This document shows positions 1-10,700 of a stretch of DNA of 64,000 bases, one piece after another. The stretch comes from Planctomycetota bacterium (GTDB lineage: Bacteria > Planctomycetota > UBA1135 > UBA2386). The number at the start of each line of letters is the position of its first letter. The stretch's first letter is position 1. A program made the position numbers and the translations under genes. A model generated the notes under the pieces. That model worked only from the letters and a program-made list of their open reading frames with translations, did no database searches and was not told the origin of the DNA. The stretch is taken from assembly GCA_965228735.1 (NCBI GenBank), contig OZ245838.1, forward strand, positions 2,688,001 to 2,752,000. Reading direction: 5' to 3'.

Positions 1-69
1 CGGGGGTGCTGGAACTGGACAGCTGGAATGGGTTGTGGTGCAGGAAACGAGAACGCTGCAGCGCTCACA

Positions 70-1065
70 TCAGGTTCGCCGAGCGCGGCGCAGCAGCAGG
101 AAGAGGGCAACGAGTGAGGCGAGCCCGACGACGAGCAACAGCCACGGCGCGTTCTCGCTTTGGCGCTGCCAATCGGGCCAGGTCACGAACAGGAAGTGCT
201 GGATCGGGTCGCCGGCGAACAGCGCGATCACGGCGCCGAGCGCGAGATACGGGCCGAACGGGATCTTCGACGCGGCGCCGCGGCGCATCACGGCGACGAT
301 GCCGAACGCGGCGCCGAGCACGCACGCGAGGAACATCGTGAGCAGCGCGTTCTGCCAACCGACGAACGCGCCGATCATGCCCATGAACTTCACGTCCCCG
401 AATCCCATGGCCTCCTTCTTGAAGGCCCAGGCGCCGAGGATGCGGATGCCCCACGTGAGGCCGCCGCCGACGACGAGGCCGGCGAGGCTGCCGAGAACGG
501 TCTCGACCGCGGGCGGCACGCTCGGATCGTCGATCAGCGATCCCGCGACACCCGGCCACAGTCCCGCGAGCAGACCGATCGCCATACCCGGCTTGGTGAG
601 TCGATCCGGCAGGATGAAGTGATCGATGTCGATGAACGTGCACGCGACGAGCAGCGCGAGGAACGTCGCGAGCGCGACGAACGCGCCGAGCGCGACGCCG
701 TGCGGCACGAAGCCGTCCTCGAACAGCTCCAGCGCGGGACCGAAGCTCGCGCCCGTGCCGGGCACGTTCGGCGGATAGCGCGCGAGCAACAGGAACAGCA
801 CGGCCGTGAGCAGTTCGACCGCGGGATAGCGGACCGAGATGCGCTGTCCGCAGCACCGCGCCTTGCCCCGCAGCAGCAGCCATCCGAGCACGGGCAGGTT
901 GTCGTGCCAGCGGATCGGGGCACCGCAGTGCGGGCAGTGCGAACGGCCGCCGAGCGAGCGCTTGCTCGGATCCTCCTGCGGCAGTCGGTACACGACGACG
1001 TTCAGGAACGAGCCGATGCACGCCCCGAAGAGCGCGGCTCCCACCTGGAACACCGCCGTGGACAT
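70..1065 (-). CDS. pilD: Prepilin peptidase / N-methyltransferase (peptidase A24)
   Basis: GSFLNVVVYRLP, RSHCPHCG...GKARCC Cys clusters, FIDID..ILPD and MGFGDVKF catalytic Asp motifs, IPFGPYLALG; start set at ATG 1065 (MSTAV). Confidence 0.95.
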   Translation of the reverse strand: MSTAVFQVGAALFGACIGSFLNVVVYRLPQEDPSKRSLGGRSHCPHCGAPIRWHDNLPVLGWLLLRGKARCCGQRISVRYPAVELLTAVLFLLLARYPPNVPGTGASFGPALELFEDGFVPHGVALGAFVALATFLALLVACTFIDIDHFILPDRLTKPGMAIGLLAGLWPGVAGSLIDDPSVPPAVETVLGSLAGLVVGGGLTWGIRILGAWAFKKEAMGFGDVKFMGMIGAFVGWQNALLTMFLACVLGAAFGIVAVMRRGAASKIPFGPYLALGAVIALFAGDPIQHFLFVTWPDWQRQSENAPWLLLVVGLASLVALFLLLRRARRT

Positions 1066-1302
1066 TGAACGCGGATACGCTGCTGCTGACCGGAACGGAG
1101 GCGCGACAGACACACACCTCCGGCACGGGAACCGCGGCCCCACCGGCCGCCGCCCGTCGCGCTGACCCACGACGTGCGAGATGCCCCCGACCGCCGCATC
1201 ATACGGTCACGCCGAATCGAATCCAGGGCGCTCCGCACAACATTGCGCGCCCGTCAACCGCACCCATGACATCAGGATCGGGGTGGCAGGGCCGTCGCGC
1301 CG

Positions 1303-3225
1303 TCAGCGATCCGCGAGCCGCAGCTCCTCGAAGCTGGGCAGCGGCAGGCCCGCGACGAGATCGGCCGACACGAGGAAGCGGCCGAAGCTGCCGGGCTCGA
1401 GCGCGAGCCATTCGCCGTCCGTGGCGCGGCGCGGCCGGGCCAGGCGATCCGACCGCAGGTCGGCACGATCGGGCTGGACCGGGTCCGCCGGCGCGGTCTG
1501 CCATTCGACCCGCAGCGCGGGATCGACGTCGACGAAGCGCAGCACTCCGCGATCGCGGTCGCGGCCGAGCTCGCGCCACTCGGACCTCGCCTGCGCCCGG
1601 ATGCGCGCGCCCGGCGCGAGCCCGTACTCGAACTCGACGGTCGTCGGGAACGACTGCCCGCGCGGTCCGACGATCGGCGTCGAGCCGCGCGCGACGCCGC
1701 GTTCAACGGCCAGCACGGTGTTGTACGGCATCTCGCCGCCGAGCTCGATGCGCGCGGCCGACGCGACCGTGAGCGCGGTCTGGTCCGTCGGCAGCGGCCG
1801 CGCGGTCGTGACCGTGCCCGACAGCCAGATGTCCCCCGCGGCGACGAGCGCGGCCGGGGCCTGAGCGAGCACCTCGCTGGCCGGCGCCCCGCGCTGCAGC
1901 CGCGGCACGAGCTCGGTCGGGGTCGAAAGTTCGAGCGTGCCCGCGACGCGGATGCCGCCGCAGGCCAGGAGCTGCACCGGCACGGACGACTCGACGCGCA
2001 CGCGCACGCCGGCCGGGATGTCGATCGCGAGGAACGGGAAGTCGGCGCCGACGCTCTGCACGAGCACGCCGTCCCCGCGGTCGAACGGCACGCCGGGCCG
2101 CAGCGTGATGTCGGCCTGCGGCCGGAAGACCCCGAGACTGCCGTCCCCGGCCTCGATCCGCACGCGCGGCCGCACGAGGCCGGCGCGGGCTTCGAAGCCC
2201 GGCTGCAGTTCGTCGTCGCCGACCAGCCCACCGTCGTCGGTGGGCCACGCGAAGAGCGGCAACGCCGAACCCGCGACGACGAGCCAGAACTGCGCCTGAC
2301 CGACGGGGCCGCCGAAGACCTCCTGGTCCGCGAGGTCGCGCAGCGAGTGCGGACCGTCCGCGAGGGTCACGCTCAGTAGTTCGCCAGGATCGAGTTCGAC
2401 GCGCGGGCCGCCGCCGTGGAGCCGCGGCTCGGAGCCGAGGTCGAGCTCGACGGTCGAGCCCGGGTGCTGATCGAGCGGCGCGGTGAGCAGCCGCGCGCGG
2501 CGCACTTCGAGGCGCTGCTGGGGTTGCGCGAGGTGCACGATGAACGCCTCGGGCCGCACCGTCGTCGGCAGCACGGGCAGCGTGAAGTGCAGCCGCAGCC
2601 GCGGCGCGTCGGCCGGCAGCCGACTCGCGATGTCGCCCGGCAGCTGACGATGCTGCAGGAATGGCAGCTCGGTGCTCGGCGGCCGCAGCGGTGCCGGCAG
2701 CCGCCCGTTCGCGGTTTGGACCGGACCGAACTCCGCGGTCCGGAAGCCGAGCGTCGGCGCCGCGGCCAGGCGCCGGCCGTCGACCGCGCGCACCGCGTCG
2801 GGCCGCGGGTAGCTCGCGACCACGAGTCGATAGCTCTCGCCCGGCAGGAACGAGCCGTCGTCGAGCGCGGGCGACAGCGGCGGCTCCGGCGCGAACGTCA
2901 CCCAGTTGGTCCCGGTCCGCAACGTCCCGGGCACCGCGTGGCCGGCGGCGTCGAACACGGCGACCGAGGCGGCGGTCACGCTCAACGGGTCGATCGCGTC
3001 CGAGAAGTAGACCGTGACGTTGTCGTTGAGCAGCAGCGGCGCGGCGTCGGCCTCGCCGAGGTCGTGGGGCGAGACCCGCGTCACGCTCAGGGGCGCGGCC
3101 GGCGGCGGCGACGACCGCCAGCACCCGGCCGCACCGAGCAGTGCCGTGCAAGCCGCGACTGCCGCGATCCTGGATACCGCCCGGGGCTCGACCATTCGGC
3201 TCGTCATGCTACCTCGGTTGGTCAA
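1303..3225 (-). CDS. Predicted lipoprotein with N-terminal Ig-like (Big_5-type) domain
   Basis: Hydrophobic signal ending AAGC (lipobox); VTVYFSDAIDPLSV...VTFAP Ig-like pattern; GDGSLG motif; true start may be slightly downstream. Confidence 0.75.
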   Translation of the reverse strand: MTNRGSMTSRMVEPRAVSRIAAVAACTALLGAAGCWRSSPPPAAPLSVTRVSPHDLGEADAAPLLLNDNVTVYFSDAIDPLSVTAASVAVFDAAGHAVPGTLRTGTNWVTFAPEPPLSPALDDGSFLPGESYRLVVASYPRPDAVRAVDGRRLAAAPTLGFRTAEFGPVQTANGRLPAPLRPPSTELPFLQHRQLPGDIASRLPADAPRLRLHFTLPVLPTTVRPEAFIVHLAQPQQRLEVRRARLLTAPLDQHPGSTVELDLGSEPRLHGGGPRVELDPGELLSVTLADGPHSLRDLADQEVFGGPVGQAQFWLVVAGSALPLFAWPTDDGGLVGDDELQPGFEARAGLVRPRVRIEAGDGSLGVFRPQADITLRPGVPFDRGDGVLVQSVGADFPFLAIDIPAGVRVRVESSVPVQLLACGGIRVAGTLELSTPTELVPRLQRGAPASEVLAQAPAALVAAGDIWLSGTVTTARPLPTDQTALTVASAARIELGGEMPYNTVLAVERGVARGSTPIVGPRGQSFPTTVEFEYGLAPGARIRAQARSEWRELGRDRDRGVLRFVDVDPALRVEWQTAPADPVQPDRADLRSDRLARPRRATDGEWLALEPGSFGRFLVSADLVAGLPLPSFEELRLADR

Positions 3226-3327
3226 AACGAACGACCCTGCGGCACGCTCCCGACCAATTCCTCCCCCACCAACGGACGACGGCGCGCCCGGATCCAGGAT
3301 CCGGACGCGCCATCGGGCTCGTCTCGC

Positions 3328-3467
3328 CGATCGGCGATCGGCGATCGGCGATCGGCGAACCGAGCGCCTCGACCTACTGTGGCACGACTCGATAGACGAT
3401 CGCCAATTGGCGATCGTCGAACCGAGCGGCTCGACCTACTGCGGCACGACTCGATAGACGATCGCCA
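3328..3467. repeat. Composite repeat: 4x CGATCGG, a 50-bp direct repeat (3356-3405 / 3418-3467) covering the upstream gene's stop, and a 24-bp perfect palindrome (3395-3418)
   Basis: Read directly; the two 50-bp copies differ at 2 positions; palindrome GACGATCGCCAATTGGCGATCGTC. Confidence 0.9.
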
Positions 3468-6400
3468 TGCTGCGCAGCGACGGCGACAGCGCCGGCGTCA
3501 CGTCGACGTTGTTCGTCATCGTCAGGCGCGCGTTGAGGTAACGCGGCAGCAGACCCGTCGCCGGGTTGCGGATCTGGCCGAGCTGGCCCTCGGTCACGTA
3601 CCGGGTCAGACCCGTCGTCCCGACGCGCGGCTGATCGCCGCCACCCGTGAGGTGGCCCTCGGCGTAGTTCGCCTGCGAGTAGCGGAACGCCTCACACGCG
3701 TAGTTCGGGTTCAGCAGGTTGCCGCGGCCGTCGAACGTGTCGTCCGGGGTCTGGCCCGCGCCATCGAACGTCGGGTTGTAGAGCCCAGGGTCAGCGCTCG
3801 GATCACCGATCGCCTCGACGCCACGCAGCTCGAGCACGACGGACGTGCCGGCCGGCTGGCGACCCGCGGGCGGATCGAGCTGGGTGACGAGGTTCGTCAC
3901 GCGCAGGTTCGTGCCGATCCCGGCGAGGTTCGGGAAGCCGTCCGAGAACTCGATCGTCGGCGTGCCGCTCGGATCGTTCACGAACTCGGCGCGCTGCGGC
4001 TGCAGCGTGTCGATGAAGCCGAACGTCATCGTGGACACCTTGCGCACGAAGTCGGCCTGGGCCCAGTTGAGCATGCCGTCGCGCGGCGGGGCCTGGAACA
4101 GCGCGCGCTCCAGGTTGCCGTAGCCGGCGTCCTTCAGCACGTTGTACGGACCGGCCGCATCGAGCGTGTTCGCCGGGTCGACGATGATCTCGGAGTTGCC
4201 CGTGAGCGGGACACCGCCCGAAGCGTGCACGCGGACCGACGGCCACGCGGGGCGCGTGCCACAGCCGGCCGGCACGCCGTCGTAGTAGCCGCCCCACGGC
4301 GCGAAGCCGTAGCTCGGCGGGCCGAGCAGCGCGAGCTGGAACGAGTTGCTCGCGATCGCGAGGCCGTTGGCCGCGCTGTCGGCGAACACCTTGTAGTCGA
4401 CCAGCAGCGGCAGCGCGATCGGGTCGTGGTCGTGGCGGTGGTTGCCCTTGAAGTCGCCCGGATCCATGACCCACTCGGACGGGCCTGCGACCTCACCGTT
4501 CGCCGGGAACGCGTCCGAGATCCACGGCGAACTGATGTGCGCGGTCCAGTCGTCGTTCGGATCCTCGGCGCCAGGCGTCTGCGCGCCGCCGAGACCGATG
4601 ACCTGGCCCGACGCATCGATCGTCACGAGGCGCGAGTCACGCCAGGTGTAGCTGCGGTCGAAGCGCGGGAACGGCACGTAGGTGACGTTGAACGCCGAGC
4701 GGAACGCGTTGTTCGGGTTGATCGTGTAGACCTTGTCCGCGAACACCGGCACCTGCGCGGTGCCCTCGAGCACGTTGTCGGCGAAGACCGTCGACAGCGC
4801 GCTGCTGTTGCTCGTGCACAGGTAGTCACAGGTCGGCAGGGTCGGCGGCACCGGCGGCATGGCCGTCGGATCGCCGGGCACACCGGCGTTCAGGCGCCAG
4901 ACCTCGTCGGGCCGCTTGTCGCTGTGCGACAGCGACATCGACATGCGATCGAAGACGTCGAAGAAGACCGTCTCGTCGTTGAACGGCGACCAGTAGAGCT
5001 GGTCGACGTCGATGCCCATGTCCGTCGCCTGGTGGTAATCGAGGGAGAAGTCGTCCTCGAGGTAGCGCATCTGCATGCGCGACCCGCGGGTGTTCAACGG
5101 CTCGATCACCCGGCCGACGCTCTGCGGCACGGTCTGATAGAACTCGTAGACCGTCGGCACGATCGGCGGCGCGATCGAATCGAACATCCGCGGGTTCCAG
5201 TAGAGCAGCCCGGTGTGGACGTTCATCATCTGGTCGACCGGCGCGAGGCCGATCCCGCCCTGCGGCGACGTCGGGCCGGTGCCCTCGGTCTCCCAGTCGA
5301 AGTCCGGATCCCAGCACTCACCACGCGTCACGCGGCTGATCGTGCCGAGGTTCTGGCTGTCCGCGGTGCGGCTGAAGCGCACGCCCGCGGCGCCGATCAG
5401 GCGGCCGTCCTGCAGGCGGAACTGGCCGAACAGGTCGACCGAGCCCGGCAGCGAACCGTCCTCGTCCGAGTCCCGGAACAGGTAGGTGTGCCAGCCCACG
5501 AGGTTGTCGGGCATCGCTTCGTAGATCTGGAGGTCGACCGACCAGCTCGCGAGCGGGTTGATCGGATCGCCGAAGACCTCGACCGGGTTGCCGCCGAGGT
5601 CGAGCACGCCTTCCTGGCCGAGCTTGACGTGGAAGCCGTAGGTCTCGGAGGTGTTCTCCTCGTGGAAGAAGCCGAGCTGCGGCTGCAGGCGCAGCACCGT
5701 GCCGTCCCCACCGAGGTCGGCGAGGCGCGACGGCACGACGCGAGCGGTCGCCCGCTTCGGGTCCGTCATCTGCTCGGCGAACGTCTCGTCGAGGATCGAC
5801 GTGTTGGTGAGCACCAGGTTCTCGGTGTTGTCGATCTGGTCGAGATCGAGCGGCTTGGTGAACTCGATCGCGACCGACGACTGCGGCACGAGCTTGCCCG
5901 CACCCGGCTGGCCGGCGGCCGGCGGCTGCGGCTCGATGCGCAGGAACTGCTCACGCCACTGCGAGTCCGAAACGGCCTGGCTGCCGGTCGAGAACGGCAC
6001 GTCCTCGTAGTAGCGGGCGCGCAGGATGCAGTCGCGCCCCTCGGGTGCCCCGAGCGGATCCTCGGGCGCGAGGAACGAGTGCAGCGTGCCCTCCGAGTCG
6101 CGGCCGCCGGCGAGCGTCGAGACGCGCACATCGATCTGCGGCAGCGTCTCGCCCTGGTCGCCATTCGCGCTCAGGCCGATCGGCAGCGCGCCGCCGACCC
6201 GCGAGCCGATCGCGAGGTTCTCGAGGATCTCGGCCTGCACCGTCACGGTCTCGAGCGCGCCCGTCGAGAGCTGCACCAGGCGCTCCTGCGTGAGGATGTC
6301 GCCGGCGCGCAGCGCGCGCACCGTCGGCACGTTGACCGGGCCGACCGGCACGTCGTTGGCCGCGAGCGGGCCGTCGACGAACGGGTAGCGACCGCGCACC

Positions 6401-7467
6401 GGCACGAGGCTGTCGCGCTTGTTCAGCCGGACGATCCGGTTGGCGGTGTCGATGCTGACGATGCCCATCGGCAGGCTGCCGACGATCATCGGGGTCTCCG
6501 ACTCGGCGAGCTTGCCCGCCGCGCCGTCGTTGAGGTTGCCCGACCGGAAGTCGCGGATCACCGACTGACGCCCCGCACTGTCGACGCCGTTCAGATTGAC
6601 GTTGCCGTCCTCGCCGACGAAGAACGTCGAGACGACCGAGCCGCGGGCCGGAATCGCGAGGCGAATGTTCGCCGTCGCATTGTCCACCGACTCCGGCAGG
6701 CCGGAGGTCGTGAAACCGCTCTGCCCCTCACCCCCGAGAATGGTCGTGTCGATGACGATCCGGTCGCCCTGCGGGATCACGCGCGCCGGCAGGATGCGGA
6801 ACGCATCGACCGGCTGTACCACGTTCGGGTCACCCTTGAACTCGAGCAGCTGGATCGCCGACGGGTTGAACTGGAAGAACTCCTCCGTGACGTTCACCGC
6901 GCCGCTGAACTGCAGCCGCAGCGCCGCGTTGCGCGGCACGACCGGCACCGGCCGCAGCTGCGTGTTCTGACCGCGGAACGCCGGCGCGAGCTCCGTGAGC
7001 CCGGTCTGACACTCTTCGAACGCCGCGTCGAAGCGCGCCTGCTCGGCGCTGCCGTCGCGGTTGTCCCACAGAATCACGAGCTCTTCGTGGCCGACGGTCT
7101 TGTCGAACGGGCGCAGCTCGAAGGTCGCCGTCGGCACCTCTTCGCCGGCCGCGTCGAACAGGCTGTCCGACCGGATGTTCGGGTTGATGACGACGTTCTC
7201 GGCCACGAGCGCGAGCTGGCGGTTGAGCCGGACGCGCCGATCCGCGATCGACGGGTCGATGCGCTGGTAGGCGTAGATGTCGACGAGGCGTCCGAGCTGG
7301 ACGCCTTGCAGCTGTGCGCGCTGGGCATCGGGCCCGACGGTCGCAACCGACGAACCCTGGTTGCAACCAGGAACGATCATCAGCAGCGCCAGGACCAGAA
7401 GTGCCAGTGGCGCGAGGGCCACACTCCGGAAGAGGCTCGAGTGTTGAGCTTGCATGCGGGTTTTCAT
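3436..7467 (-). CDS. Very large predicted lipoprotein (~1340 aa) with Ig-like domains; paralog of 11600-15505
   Basis: ATG 7467 preceded by GGAGA; signal ending VPGC; shares GRLVD.Y, VVPRNAALRL.FS, IRDFRSGN, ALPLL.D and NNVD..P blocks with 11600-15505. Confidence 0.85.
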   Translation of the reverse strand: MKTRMQAQHSSLFRSVALAPLALLVLALLMIVPGCNQGSSVATVGPDAQRAQLQGVQLGRLVDIYAYQRIDPSIADRRVRLNRQLALVAENVVINPNIRSDSLFDAAGEEVPTATFELRPFDKTVGHEELVILWDNRDGSAEQARFDAAFEECQTGLTELAPAFRGQNTQLRPVPVVPRNAALRLQFSGAVNVTEEFFQFNPSAIQLLEFKGDPNVVQPVDAFRILPARVIPQGDRIVIDTTILGGEGQSGFTTSGLPESVDNATANIRLAIPARGSVVSTFFVGEDGNVNLNGVDSAGRQSVIRDFRSGNLNDGAAGKLAESETPMIVGSLPMGIVSIDTANRIVRLNKRDSLVPVRGRYPFVDGPLAANDVPVGPVNVPTVRALRAGDILTQERLVQLSTGALETVTVQAEILENLAIGSRVGGALPIGLSANGDQGETLPQIDVRVSTLAGGRDSEGTLHSFLAPEDPLGAPEGRDCILRARYYEDVPFSTGSQAVSDSQWREQFLRIEPQPPAAGQPGAGKLVPQSSVAIEFTKPLDLDQIDNTENLVLTNTSILDETFAEQMTDPKRATARVVPSRLADLGGDGTVLRLQPQLGFFHEENTSETYGFHVKLGQEGVLDLGGNPVEVFGDPINPLASWSVDLQIYEAMPDNLVGWHTYLFRDSDEDGSLPGSVDLFGQFRLQDGRLIGAAGVRFSRTADSQNLGTISRVTRGECWDPDFDWETEGTGPTSPQGGIGLAPVDQMMNVHTGLLYWNPRMFDSIAPPIVPTVYEFYQTVPQSVGRVIEPLNTRGSRMQMRYLEDDFSLDYHQATDMGIDVDQLYWSPFNDETVFFDVFDRMSMSLSHSDKRPDEVWRLNAGVPGDPTAMPPVPPTLPTCDYLCTSNSSALSTVFADNVLEGTAQVPVFADKVYTINPNNAFRSAFNVTYVPFPRFDRSYTWRDSRLVTIDASGQVIGLGGAQTPGAEDPNDDWTAHISSPWISDAFPANGEVAGPSEWVMDPGDFKGNHRHDHDPIALPLLVDYKVFADSAANGLAIASNSFQLALLGPPSYGFAPWGGYYDGVPAGCGTRPAWPSVRVHASGGVPLTGNSEIIVDPANTLDAAGPYNVLKDAGYGNLERALFQAPPRDGMLNWAQADFVRKVSTMTFGFIDTLQPQRAEFVNDPSGTPTIEFSDGFPNLAGIGTNLRVTNLVTQLDPPAGRQPAGTSVVLELRGVEAIGDPSADPGLYNPTFDGAGQTPDDTFDGRGNLLNPNYACEAFRYSQANYAEGHLTGGGDQPRVGTTGLTRYVTEGQLGQIRNPATGLLPRYLNARLTMTNNVDVTPALSPSLRSMAIVYRVVPQ

Positions 7468-7761
7468 GTCAGGGATCTCCCCGTTCTTGCGCCAGGCACG
7501 TCCATCCGCGATTTGCTGATTGGAACTCACGAGGCCTGGAGCAGCGAACGAGTCAGGGCTTCGAGGGAGAGCGGTAGGTGGGTTCATCGGTGCCGGCGAC
7601 GACCGAGAGCGAGCGCAGGTCCGAAACGACGATGGCACGGCTGGTCGGCAGCGCTGCGGTCGGAGTCGGATGCGGCAGGCTCATGATGGGATCGATCACC
7701 GGCGGTAAGGGGTAGGGGCAACCAGGCCGCCCGAACAACCAGGCAGCCCGAAACAGGATGT

Positions 7762-10700
7762 CTAGAACCGGAACGGCAACCGCAGGAACTGCAGGGCCGG
7801 ACGCGGGGTGTCCGGGCTCAGGAACGGCGGGTTGTCGGTCGGCACGCTGCGGTAGCGTTGGTCGAACAGGATGTCCAGCTGGACGAACGTCGCCCCGAGC
7901 TGGCGAATGTCCTCGATGACCTGCGGGTCCTCGAGGTCGTAGATGTATTCGTTGGCCGCGGCGGGGTAACGAACCGCGGAGGTCTCGTCGGCCGGGTTCT
8001 GGTGGAACGCGAAGCCGATGCGGACGTTGGAGACCGGCACGCGCGAGTTCGGCTGGCTGCCGGGGTAGGTCGCGCCGAGGCCTTCGACGCCGTTCGTGAC
8101 GAACTCGAAGAACTTCGCCCGTAGCTGGACCTTGGTCGCCTCGAGCGGCAGCGGACCGGAGTCGGTCGCGAGCCGCAGGCGGCTGTCGCTGTGCGCGAGG
8201 ATCCGGAACGAGCCGGCCACGAAGCCGGTATCGTCGATGAGTTCGGCCTCGTACTGGCTGTAGAGGTTGGCGACGCTGCCGAACGCGCCCGGCGCGGCTT
8301 CGACCGCGTAGGCGGGCTGGCCGCGGTAGGTGTCCGCGTCATCGAGGGCGATGATGTCGACCTGCCCGCCGATCGCCGGGTAGACGACCTTGGCGATGTC
8401 GCCGACGAGCTCGAAGCTGGCGTAGCCGTCCGCGGGGTTGGTGCCCGCGAACTCGTAGCGCGGCCCCTCGAGGCCGGCGTTGGTCGGATCGAGCACGCCG
8501 CGCGGCCGGTTGTCGACCGACATCAGCGGCCGGCGCGCGCTGCGGCCCGTGTCGAGCCACTTCGTGCGGATGCGCGACTGCTCGGCGAACGGCGTCGGCA
8601 TCAGCACCGGCTGCGGCCGGATATCGCCCGCCACCGTCGGGGTCGGGTTGTTGAAGTCGTCGACGAGCTGCCCGATCTCGTTCGGGAAGCCGCGCCAGCC
8701 GAGCGCGTCGATCTTGGCCGAGCCGGTCAGCGGCAGACCGAACTCGAGGATGTCGACCTTGTCGTCGAGGATGGTGTTGCTGCCGTCCTCGTTGGACATC
8801 GGCTCGCCAGCGGGTGGGCCGGGCGGCGCCATCAGCTGCACGATGCCCATGCCGCCGAAGCCGCCGAGCGGCGCGTCGTCGTAGTTCCGCTGGAACTGGA
8901 ACTGCGGCGGCGAGCCCTGGATCGGCGTGCCGTTGCCCGGGTACTTGTTCTGGACGATCGGCGAGCCGAACAGGTTCGTCTCGCAGACGCCGCCGTCCGC
9001 GGAGATCGCGAACTGGTAGTCGTTCTGGGCGAAGTTGCCGCCGCGGGTCGAGATCTTGATGCCCGTCGCCGACATCAGGACGACCATGCCGCCCGCGCCG
9101 CCGCCGCCGCCGCCGCCCGCGCTGGACGAGCCGTTGACCTCGCCTGCACCGCCGGCGCCACCATCCGCGGAGATGCGGCCGGTCTCGCTGATGACGATGT
9201 CGTCGAGCGCCTTGATGACCAGGACGCCACCACCGCCACCACCGGCGCCGCCGGTGCTGTCGTTGGAGAAGTTCGGATCCTCGGTCGTGCAGGAGTTGTT
9301 GTACGACAGGTCGCCGCCGCCGCCGCCACCGCCGCCGCCCAACGGGACGGACAGTTCGCCGGCGATGCGCAGGCCGCGTCGGATGTCGAGGCCGGCACCC
9401 CAGAAGTTGTTGTCGCTGCGCGAATCGGTGAAGACCGCCGCCCCGGATGCGCCGCCGTCGAGCTGACGCGCGTTCGAACCGCCGTCACCGTTGCAGCCGC
9501 GGCCGCCCGTGCCGTTCACCTGCGGGAAGATCGGCAGCGGGTTCTGGTTGGGGTTCGGGATCGAGCCGGCCGGCACGGTCTGCGCCGGGAACGCCGGGTC
9601 GCCCTGCGTCGCGAGCGCGCCGCCACCACCACCGGAGCCGCGACCACAACCCGCGAGGCACGCGAGGGTGCCGCCCGTGCCGCCGCCCAGCGGCTGCTCG
9701 AGCGGGCCGTTGCCGGTGCCGCCGAAGTTGTCACGCTCCGTCCTGCTCGGCGAGCCGGCCCCGCCGGTGCCGCCGCCGCAGGCGCCGAAGCCGCCCTGCT
9801 TGGGGAAGTTCGCGGTGCCGATCTGCGTGCCCTTGACGCCATCGCCACCTTCGACGAGCAGGTTGCCGTCGATCTGGACCTTGCCGCTGACGAGCAGGAC
9901 GAGCGGCTTGGTGCCGCGGCCGGAGACCGTGACGCCCGTCGGCACGCGGAAGCGGCGGAAGTTGAAGATGCCGCCCGAGACGTTGAACGGCGTGCCCGTC
10001 GTCGGGATGACCGTCGTGAAGTCCGTATTGAGCACCGCGTTGCTCAGCGGCTCGTACTCGACCTGCGTCGGGCTGCCTTCGAACGCGAAGCCGGCGCGCA
10101 CGAAGCCCGGGCCGACCTCGCCCACCGGCTCGCCGAACGCGGCCGTGAAGTCGACCTGGCTGCCGTCCTCGAAGTCGGCGATCAGCGCATCGAACTGCTG
10201 CTGGTAGGCCGCCTGCGTCGCGAACGTGCCGAAGAAGCGGTTGTAGGCCGCGTTCGAGACGTTGGACTCGCCCGAGATGTCCGCGACGCTGCTCTCGACG
10301 ACGACGCGAATGGTCGCGTTGTTCGGCAGCACGCCGACGGGCCGCAGCAGCACGGTGGAGCTGGCGAGCTCGTTCGCCTCGAGCTCGACCTCGGTCGGGA
10401 TCCACTGGTTGGGCCCGAACTCGGGATCGTCGTACTCGAGAAAGATGTTGCCGCGGTTGGTCGTGCTGCGGGTCAGCGGGTTGGGATCGAACGCGACCGG
10501 GATGTTCGTGCTGGCCGGGTTGATCGGCTGATCGAACGTCAGGCGGACCTCGACCGGCGGCGCCCCGAAGCGGTTGAGGATCACGCTGCCGTCCTCGGCG
10601 CGCGGCGTCACGGTCAGACCCGTGCGGCGGGGGCCGCCCGGCAACGTGTTGCGGAACAGCTGCGACGGCGAGGTCCCCTCGGCCGTGGTGAACGTGAAGC

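Noticed and set aside
3356..3467. 50-bp repeat at a gene 3' end as a DGR VR/TR pair
   Set aside because: Too short; only two mismatches, one not at an adenine; no DGR-type RT or accessory gene.
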